A stretch of DNA of 64,000 bases from a virus: the IMG/VR virus record IMGVR_UViG_3300028920_000035, positions 64,001 to 128,000 of that record. The stretch is one strand, 5' to 3'. Positions 56,960-64,000 of this stretch are shown piece after piece. The translations under genes were made by a program, and so were the position numbers. Every line of letters starts with the position of its first letter. Within the stretch, counting starts at the first letter, position 1. The notes below the pieces were generated by a model that was not told the DNA's origin, made no database searches, and saw only the letters and a program-made list of their open reading frames with translations.

Positions 56960-59900
56960 ATGGGTATCGCCGCGCGGGTTGCCGCTCGCTACAAGAGCAA
57001 GAAGACGACCGACAAGGGCAACGTCATCTACGAGTATAGCACTGCTCAGGTCCAGCATCGCAACCGCGAAAAAGCTAAACGCCTGGAAAAGCTGGAGTCC
57101 AACGTCACCAAACTGCGGACTCAAGTTGAGAAGGACCTCAGCGCCAAGGACGTCAAGAAGCGGCAGACCGCACTCGCGGTGGGCCTCATTGATCATACGT
57201 TTGAACGAGTGGGGAACGATGAAAGCGCTGACGAAGGTCACTTTGGCGTCACCGGCTGGCAGAAGAAGCACGTCACGTTCTCGGGCGGCAAAGCGACCCT
57301 TCAATACATCGGCAAGTCGGGGATCGAGCAGGAGAAGACCGTCACCGACCAGAAGCTAGTCACCGAGCTGAAACGGGCCGCAGACGCCTGTGGGGACGAT
57401 TCAGACTGCCTGCTGGCGGATGTGAGCGCAGAGGACGTCAACGCCTATCTCAAGCCCTACGATGTGACAGCCAAGGACCTGCGGGGCTTCCATGCCAACC
57501 GGGTCATGCGAGAGAAGCTCCAGACCGCGCGCAAGGGTCAGCTTCCCAACGACAAGAAGAAGCGAGAGGAGAAGCTCAAGGCTGAATGGAAGAAGGCGCT
57601 TGAGGCCACGGCCAAAGCGGTGGGGCACGAGCCTTCAACGCTGGGTAACCAGTATCTCGTGCCGGGACTCCAGGACGACTTCATGAGGGACGGCGTGGTC
57701 AGCGAGCCCGGCAGCAAGACCGCAGGCGTCGTCAAGCTCGACCTCGCGTGGGTCGAGAAGATGCGCAAGGACTTCTTGACCCTGCTCAAGAACATCCCCC
57801 ACATCAAGACCTTCAAGGAGGCCCATCGAGTCCGCGAGGGCCTTCGGGTCTACCGCGAACAGTTCGACAAGCTATTCCACGAGCGGTTCCTCCGGCACAC
57901 CCTCAAGTACGACTACGAGGACTACGGGATCAGCGAGGACTACGCCAAATACTACACCAAGCAGTTGGGTACTCCGTCGTGGGACTTCTACATCGCGCTG
58001 GCAGAGATGCCGATCGGCTTCGTGGACGACTACTGGGACGAAGACCGCCTGATGGCCCGCTTCACGCAGGAAGCCCCCAAGTGGGAGACTCGCCTCAAGC
58101 GCAAGGCCCAGAAGTTCTGGAAGGTACTCCGAGACGTGCTCCAGGACTTCAAGAACCGGGAGCGGGAGATCCAGGTCAAGACCCTGGACGTGGAACAGGT
58201 GACGCTCGAAGGGTTCCGCGTCCAGGTGCGGGGGTTCGACCCGAGCGACGACATTGACGTCGAGTCACTGGAGGTCTTCAAGAAGGGGCTGAGGATCTAC
58301 CGACGCAACGCGGCGGCTCGCTACCCCCGCTTGCTCAAGGACCAGGTGCCGATCGTCTACGACTGTGAAGTGAATCTGGACAAGGGCGGGACCTACAGTC
58401 ACAGCGGCCTGATCACGTTCTATGCCTCGGCGGTCATCAAGGAGCCCCCCGCTCGTGCCGCCCACATCCTTGCTCACGAGATGGGGCACCACGAGTGGCG
58501 TCTGCTCGATGGGAAGGCACGGGAGTTCTGGGAGACGGCCATCGCAGGCGACTACGGCGACATCGACCTAGCCGAAGTTGTAGCCAAGTGGCCCAGGGGG
58601 GCGTGGGCCTTCGACTTCACCAGGTACATGGCCGACACCGACCCTGTACTAGCCCTTCAGATGGAGGGCCTCGTCCACAGCCAGAACCACGAAGAGCTGA
58701 ACACCAAGGAGGACTTCCAGGCCCTGTTGAGCAGCGGCCAGCGGACGCTGCGGGTGCCCAAGACGCCCATCACGGGGTACGCCAACAAGAACCCCCAGGA
58801 GGCGTTCTGCGAGGCTGTGGGTCTGCTGGTGGCCTACGGACCCCGGGCCCTCCACGAACGCGTACGCGGCTGGCTGGGCATCATCCTGGGCAACGAGGTC
58901 AAGGTCGCGGCCCGCGTGGCCGCCCGCTACCGCGCGGCCTTTGACGGCTCGACGCCGTTCGGACCGATGGACCCCGACAGCGTGATCAAGCGGGCCACCC
59001 TGGCCCATCGCGTGGCGCGCCGCTTCATCGCCGACAGCTACGGCGACCCGAAGACCTACCTCGACGCGATGACCGAGGCGCTCCGACGCTACCAGATGTA
59101 CCGTGACCTCTTGCCGACGATGCGCAAGGCAGAGCGGTGGGTCGACCAGAACCCGGGCGTGCCCCCGGGCACCGCCCTGACGGGGGACGGCGAGCTGGAC
59201 AAGGTGCTGCACAACTTCCGGATGTTCCTCGTGAAGTATGCCTACGCCGTCCAGGCCATGTATCCGACGATGTGGCGCGCAGGCGGGTCCAAGGTCTTCC
59301 TTGCGCTGCTCCAGCAGTACAGCTTCTCCGACCGGCGCCTACGGTCAAGGGTCGAGCAGGGGGCCAAGTTCTATGGCAAGACACGCTCCAGGAAGCCTCG
59401 GCCCGCCCAGTCTGTAGCCGTCTTCGACAAGGCGTTCACCCAGTATCTGGAGCACCTCGAAACCATCCGCGATGCACTGAAGAAGGGCGTCCCTCATGGT
59501 GCTGAAGGTGCAGCCCAGGCGAAGATCCCCGCGGGCCCCTTCACCCTGGTCAACACGGGCGGCTTCGACGACAAGACGATGGATCTCGTCGCCAAGCTCG
59601 CCGTCAAGGCCGCGGGCCTGCTCAAGCAGCACGGGTACGGCCGTGCCGTCTACGGCGACATCCACATCAGCAACACGGTGGGGCGGTCGTCAAAGGTGTT
59701 GGCATTCTACTCGGTCAACACCGACGAGATGTTCGTTCGGGCCAACCTCAAGGGGAAGTTCGACAGCGCGCTTCACACCATCCTGCACGAGCTGGGGCAC
59801 CGGTACGAGAAGTTCGTCGCTGCGAACGACATCCGCGCCATCTACCGCCGCCTGAGCAACCAAACGTCGGACCAGCGCCGGTCCTCCGACCTGAAGTACC

Positions 59901-60193
59901 CCAAGGAGGGGGAGACCGCCGTCGAGCGCGGCAAGACCTTCGTCGTGTCAGGCACCGAGTACACGGGACGTGGCGTCCGCGTGAATCTCAGGCTTCAGGA
60001 CGACGCGACCAAGCAGTTCCACACGACAATCGACGGCTGGTACGCGATGACCGGCCAGGTCAGCCCCGCAGGCGCCTTCATCAGCAAGTACGCCCGCACG
60101 GACCCGAGCGAAAACTTTGCGGAGATGGTCGCCCACCACTGTCTTGGCACGCTGCCCCAGGAGCAAGTCGAGCTGCTCGAAGCGATCATCTGA
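56960..60193 (+). CDS. Type IB topoisomerase domain fused to two zincin (HExxH) metallopeptidase-like domains; RVAxR-punctuated polyprotein
   Basis: TopoIB pentad ERVGN / GKSG / KDLRGFHAN / VGHEP / NQY; HEMGH...EAFCE; HELGH...ENFAE. Confidence 0.85.
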   Translation: MGIAARVAARYKSKKTTDKGNVIYEYSTAQVQHRNREKAKRLEKLESNVTKLRTQVEKDLSAKDVKKRQTALAVGLIDHTFERVGNDESADEGHFGVTGWQKKHVTFSGGKATLQYIGKSGIEQEKTVTDQKLVTELKRAADACGDDSDCLLADVSAEDVNAYLKPYDVTAKDLRGFHANRVMREKLQTARKGQLPNDKKKREEKLKAEWKKALEATAKAVGHEPSTLGNQYLVPGLQDDFMRDGVVSEPGSKTAGVVKLDLAWVEKMRKDFLTLLKNIPHIKTFKEAHRVREGLRVYREQFDKLFHERFLRHTLKYDYEDYGISEDYAKYYTKQLGTPSWDFYIALAEMPIGFVDDYWDEDRLMARFTQEAPKWETRLKRKAQKFWKVLRDVLQDFKNREREIQVKTLDVEQVTLEGFRVQVRGFDPSDDIDVESLEVFKKGLRIYRRNAAARYPRLLKDQVPIVYDCEVNLDKGGTYSHSGLITFYASAVIKEPPARAAHILAHEMGHHEWRLLDGKAREFWETAIAGDYGDIDLAEVVAKWPRGAWAFDFTRYMADTDPVLALQMEGLVHSQNHEELNTKEDFQALLSSGQRTLRVPKTPITGYANKNPQEAFCEAVGLLVAYGPRALHERVRGWLGIILGNEVKVAARVAARYRAAFDGSTPFGPMDPDSVIKRATLAHRVARRFIADSYGDPKTYLDAMTEALRRYQMYRDLLPTMRKAERWVDQNPGVPPGTALTGDGELDKVLHNFRMFLVKYAYAVQAMYPTMWRAGGSKVFLALLQQYSFSDRRLRSRVEQGAKFYGKTRSRKPRPAQSVAVFDKAFTQYLEHLETIRDALKKGVPHGAEGAAQAKIPAGPFTLVNTGGFDDKTMDLVAKLAVKAAGLLKQHGYGRAVYGDIHISNTVGRSSKVLAFYSVNTDEMFVRANLKGKFDSALHTILHELGHRYEKFVAANDIRAIYRRLSNQTSDQRRSSDLKYPKEGETAVERGKTFVVSGTEYTGRGVRVNLRLQDDATKQFHTTIDGWYAMTGQVSPAGAFISKYARTDPSENFAEMVAHHCLGTLPQEQVELLEAII

Positions 60194-60221
60194 CGGTTCC
60201 ATCTATGCCCCGCCCTTGTGC

Positions 60222-60611
60222 GTGGCATCCCTCGACGAGCTGGAACTCTTGGACCGCAGCATCGCTGACCTCGACGCCCGTTGGGAGCGCAACTTCAAAG
60301 CCTGGACTCGTCGACGAAACCTCCAAGAAACGGCGGTTGCCTACCTCGGCAACAAGTGTCAAATCTGCGGTTACGGCACGTGCATCGAGGCCCTCGACTT
60401 CCACCATGTCGACCCCCAAGAGAAAGATTTCAACATCAGCGACCGTATCACGAGCTTCGAGGCCATCAAGCCCGAGCTGGACAAGTGTGAGCTACTGTGT
60501 TGCCGTTGCCATCGCGAAGTCCACGCGGGGATGCATCCGACGCATCTCGTCATGGAAGACGAGGACCGATCATATGATCCAGGAAACTTTCCCATGGCTG
60601 CTATGGGCTGA
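60222..60611 (+). CDS. HNH endonuclease
   Basis: CQICGY..ALDFHH.DP..K...KCELLCCRCHREVH; GTG start 15 nt after the class-B-like GGTTCCATCTAT. Confidence 0.85.
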   Translation: MASLDELELLDRSIADLDARWERNFKAWTRRRNLQETAVAYLGNKCQICGYGTCIEALDFHHVDPQEKDFNISDRITSFEAIKPELDKCELLCCRCHREVHAGMHPTHLVMEDEDRSYDPGNFPMAAMG

Positions 60612-60637
60612 TTTCTTGAACGTTTCAGGATAGAATC

Positions 60638-62182
60638 ATGACGTACGATTACCGCATTGCCGCCGTTACGCTAGAAGAAAAAGGTACTGGGTCGTATAAG
60701 GTTTTTGGACCCTATGCCGAGATGCAGAGGATCATCCCGCTGCTGAAAAAGCAGAAAAAGTGGCGGTACAACGGTCTTGACAAGTCGTGGGAGAGTCGTG
60801 ACTTGGGACCTCGCCAGCTGGCCAAGGTGAAGGAGGCCCTAGGGCTTGCCCCCGCTGCCCCCGCTGCCAAAGCCTCCCCTCGAGTGTTCAACAACTTCGT
60901 CGAGAAAGCCCTTAAAGTACAGGGCCCCAAGGGCAGTTTCGATTTCGATCGGAAGGGTGAAGTCCTCACCCTCAAGCTGGTGGGAAACCCCACACAGGAA
61001 AAGGGCCTGATGGAGGTCTTGGCTACGGCACGGAAAGCGGGCGCCGAGGGTAACTACCCCTACCTCGAGATGACTTCCGCGGCATTCAACGCTAAAGCTG
61101 GGAAGGCTCTTCTTGAGCAACTTTCCAATTTGAACGCGGCCGTTGAGGAGGCCCTTAAAGAGCGTGCAGTGGCGAAGGCGCTCTTGGGAAACATGCTGCC
61201 TTTCCAGGCATTAGGTATTCGAGGCAAGTTTACAGACACAGTTACCTGGGAAGGGGCTACTCGCCCCTACGCCGAATTGTTCAAGAGCAACAAGTTCCGG
61301 TGGACCGGATCTCATTGGGACGCAGCCCTAGTCAAGGGCCTACCCTCTCGTGTCGAAGCCATCATTGACCGGTTAAAGAGTGACGCCCAGGAAGCGGATC
61401 AGGCTGCCACCAAGCTGGGTCTCCCTCAGCTGTACCCGAACCTGGAGATCAGGGTATTCACTGTCGACGGGTACATTCGATTCTTGGGGGACCTCCGAAA
61501 GTACAAGGATGGCCTCTATTCAGCTGGGCTGTTGTGGGACGGCTCCTATTGGGAGGGGAACCTAGCCAAAGTTGATGTTGATGACCTTCAGAACGTTCTG
61601 AAGGCCATTGAAGCGGACGACACTGCCGAAACCACTGACAAGGGTCCGGCTAAGGTGCGTAGGGGTCGCCCCAACCAACGCGGCGACCACTGCCAAGACT
61701 GCGGCGGGTGGGTTGAACCTGGAGACGGCATCATTGAACGGGTCCTTGACGAGGACGACGACAGGATGATCTGGGTCGTCTACCACCGGGATATTGAGGT
61801 TTGTCAGCAGACCAAGACCCGACGGCGGCAACAGCGTGAGGAAGAGGCCAAGCGGCAACAAACTAAGCGCCAAGCTGAGCGCGCACTACGGGATTATGCC
61901 ATCAAACAAGGCAAGTCCCCCGACCCCAACAACAAGCGGGTCACGCTCAAAGGTCGTCGAATCTACCTCGACGAGACAGCGCTCGCCTATGGCGGGGGCT
62001 ACTGGGTTGTCATCGAGCCCGGCAACCAGTACTTCTGGTACGTCATCAACAACGGCGCCGATGGCGACGACTGGTCTCGCAACAACGTTTCCACCGGAGG
62101 CGCGGGCGCTATCGGGTATCGCGTTCCCCTGACTGAAGAGGCCAAGCAGCAGATCGAGATCATCTCGGGTGAGAAGATTTAG
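60638..62182 (+). CDS. Hypothetical multi-module protein with N-terminal YDYRIAA tag (candidate virion cargo)
   Basis: Repeated [FLW]-x-[WY]-[DTN]-G-x(1-3)-W modules, a CQDC motif, and C-terminal DDWSRNNV.TGGAGAIG; class-B-like GATTTCTTGA upstream. Confidence 0.65.
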   Translation: MTYDYRIAAVTLEEKGTGSYKVFGPYAEMQRIIPLLKKQKKWRYNGLDKSWESRDLGPRQLAKVKEALGLAPAAPAAKASPRVFNNFVEKALKVQGPKGSFDFDRKGEVLTLKLVGNPTQEKGLMEVLATARKAGAEGNYPYLEMTSAAFNAKAGKALLEQLSNLNAAVEEALKERAVAKALLGNMLPFQALGIRGKFTDTVTWEGATRPYAELFKSNKFRWTGSHWDAALVKGLPSRVEAIIDRLKSDAQEADQAATKLGLPQLYPNLEIRVFTVDGYIRFLGDLRKYKDGLYSAGLLWDGSYWEGNLAKVDVDDLQNVLKAIEADDTAETTDKGPAKVRRGRPNQRGDHCQDCGGWVEPGDGIIERVLDEDDDRMIWVVYHRDIEVCQQTKTRRRQQREEEAKRQQTKRQAERALRDYAIKQGKSPDPNNKRVTLKGRRIYLDETALAYGGGYWVVIEPGNQYFWYVINNGADGDDWSRNNVSTGGAGAIGYRVPLTEEAKQQIEIISGEKI

Positions 62183-62219
62183 TCCACACTTTGAGGCTGG
62201 TCTAAAGCCCCGTGAACAC

Positions 62220-62477
62220 TCATTTGCAGCCGATGTGCTCCTTGCAACGCCACCGGTAGCTCCCGGTGTTGGACATTCCGGAGTCGCGGTGAACCGCGTA
62301 TTTGGTGCAGCCCCTGACCCCACACTTGTATGGGTGGATACGTGGGCTGAGCCTACCCCCAGCTTGCCGGCGACGATGTCCTAGCACGCCCGACCGATGA
62401 CGGTACACGGGGATCGCAGACCCAGGCGGACTCTCGACCTGCTCCCATTCGGTTTCAGAAGGGACAGGGGCTCTCAT
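62220..62477 (-). CDS. Small putative Zn-binding protein
   Basis: C-x4-C...C-x2-H; GAGGG 7 nt upstream. Confidence 0.35.
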   Translation of the reverse strand: MRAPVPSETEWEQVESPPGSAIPVYRHRSGVLGHRRRQAGGRLSPRIHPYKCGVRGCTKYAVHRDSGMSNTGSYRWRCKEHIGCK

Positions 62478-62544
62478 CCGCCGCCCTCACTCAAGCAGTA
62501 AGGGCCGCTCTTGCGGGGGTTCCTGTAGAAAACATAGTACTTAG

Positions 62545-63408
62545 TCATTCTGGTCTCCCAACGATCACCAGTTCGCCCACGGGACCACGGCGGTCCCCCT
62601 TCGAGTTGATCGCTCGTCGCGCCTGGATTTCGTGCAGCTCAAAGCCAGCGTAGAGCCGGCGGACGAGTTCGCAGTCAGAGTTTGAGGCTACGACGGTCAC
62701 TCCTCGTTCCACGAGTCGCCGGCACGCTGCGACGAGCCTCGACTGGTCGTCAAGCGTGAACCCACCCTGGGTGTACCCGTCGCTGAAGTTGCTGGTTGGC
62801 GAGAGGGGCACGTAGGGTGGGTCGAAGTACACGAGATCGCCCGGGCGCGGCCACTCGCAGATTTCCCAGAAGTCCCCAAGGTGAATCTGGGCCCAGCGGT
62901 TCAGCTCGCGAGAACAGGCGTGAATGGTCTCTTCCTTGTAGACCAGCGGTGGCTTCTGGACCCACCTCTCCCCCTTGGGGTCGCCGTAGGGAACGTTGAA
63001 CTTCCCCTGCTTGTTGACCCGCCACAAGCCGTTGAAGCAGGTCTTGTTGAGGTAGATGAACCGGATGGCGCGAGCCACGGGGTCGAGGTCCTCGGGGTCG
63101 TAGCCCCGAAGCATCATGTAGGTGTCCTTGTCGACGGTGAGGCCCTGGAGGCCGCGCACCAGCTCGTCAGGGAAGTCGCGCACGATCTTGTACGTCGTGA
63201 TCAGGTCGGGGTTGACGTCGTTCAGGACCGCGTGCTCGAACCGCTGCTCGGTCGCGAGGTGAAAGAAGAGGGCACCCCCGCCGAAGAACGGCTCGTAGTA
63301 GGTCCGAATCGTCTCGGGGAAGAACGGCAGGATCTTGTCCAGCAGACCGCGCTTGCCGCCGGCCCATTTGAGGAAGGGGCGGGCACCCTTGGCTTTCGTG
63401 CTAGCCAT
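62545..63408 (-). CDS. dam: Dam-family (D12 class) N6-adenine DNA methyltransferase
   Basis: PFLKWAGGK, EPFFGGGA, YLNKTCFNGLWRVN..G.FNVPYG, YFDPPY, SNS. Confidence 0.93.
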   Translation of the reverse strand: MASTKAKGARPFLKWAGGKRGLLDKILPFFPETIRTYYEPFFGGGALFFHLATEQRFEHAVLNDVNPDLITTYKIVRDFPDELVRGLQGLTVDKDTYMMLRGYDPEDLDPVARAIRFIYLNKTCFNGLWRVNKQGKFNVPYGDPKGERWVQKPPLVYKEETIHACSRELNRWAQIHLGDFWEICEWPRPGDLVYFDPPYVPLSPTSNFSDGYTQGGFTLDDQSRLVAACRRLVERGVTVVASNSDCELVRRLYAGFELHEIQARRAINSKGDRRGPVGELVIVGRPE

Positions 63409-64000
63409 CTTCGTCCATCATCTCCCACAGGCGCTGGGGTTGGTCGTCCTCCAGCTCCTTCACGATGTCGGCCACAGGCTTGTAGCTGCGACGGTGCTGC
63501 GGCGTCGGCCCCAGCTCCCGGAGCTTGGCCTTGTGTTCGGGGGTGACGTAGCCCTTGTTCTCGGCCCAACCGTAGCCCGGAAACTCCTTGCCCAGCTTGA
63601 CCAGCTCTCGGTCGCGCCAGACTTTCGCCATCACGGACGCCAGGGCACACTCAGGGACGTCCATGTCGGCCTTGGGTAGGCTGATGACGGGGTGGTCCAA
63701 ACCCAGCTCCAGAAGTCCGTCGACGACCACCAAGGCGGGCACCTCGTCGGGGACGGCTGCGATGGCTGCGGCAAGGGCGTTGCAGAAGGCCATGCGTCTC
63801 GCCGTCGCGGGGCCCATCTTGTCGACCTCCCACGCCTCATAGCGGCAGACGGTGGTGAAAACCTCGGGATGCTCAGAGTAGGCGCTCCACACAGCCTCGC
63901 GCTCGGCCTCCGTCATCTGCTTGGAGTCCCGTACACGTTCGTCGTCCCAACCTGTGGGCGCGGCCACGGCTCCTACGGCCAGGGGCCCCGCCATGCAGCC
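63401..64000 (-). CDS. rnhB: Ribonuclease HII (5' end outside window)
   Basis: AGPL.V.AV, VRDSK, VVVDG, KAD, ALASVMAKVWRD, GW..NKGY.T.EH, GPT.QHRRSY. Confidence 0.9.
   Translation of the reverse strand, partial: GCMAGPLAVGAVAAPTGWDDERVRDSKQMTEAEREAVWSAYSEHPEVFTTVCRYEAWEVDKMGPATARRMAFCNALAAAIAAVPDEVPALVVVDGLLELGLDHPVISLPKADMDVPECALASVMAKVWRDRELVKLGKEFPGYGWAENKGYVTPEHKAKLRELGPTPQHRRSYKPVADIVKELEDDQPQRLWEMMDEDG

Overview
GC-rich (roughly 60% by eye), gene-dense 64-kb segment of a large tailed dsDNA phage, probably a jumbo myovirus-like phage. A Myxococcota-like host is plausible but unproven. Layout: (i) 1-22.4 kb, baseplate, tail-fibre and receptor-binding genes; (ii) 22.7-24.3 kb, a putative lysis/membrane cassette; (iii) 25.4-39.3 kb, replication (SNF2 helicase, degenerate DnaC-like loader, DnaB, stand-alone primase Zn finger, family-A polymerase) carrying four LAGLIDADG inteins; (iv) 39.4-64 kb, accessory genes (DUF2997/DUF1257/Ycf46-like AAA module, GT51 transglycosylase, ClpX, sce7726-like nuclease, DUF1848, histone-like protein, YkgJ, DnaQ-like exonuclease, topoisomerase IB-double zincin fusion, HNH, Dam, RNase HII). 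The strongest unexplained signal has two parts. Several unrelated, scattered genes share an in-register N-terminal peptide, M-x-[IV]-A-x-R-V-A-x-R-[YW], or a second tag, YD[RY]R-x-AA. They also share an upstream DNA element (pyrimidine-rich, ending TTGT, 15-16 nt before the start in four of the five genes). The same peptide recurs at the domain junctions of the TopoIB-peptidase fusion. I infer a late-expressed capsid-cargo addressing/maturation system. A separate promoter motif (CGGTG plus a -10-like hexamer, mostly leaderless) precedes eight replication/accessory units. All family calls come from motif recognition only; no searches were run.
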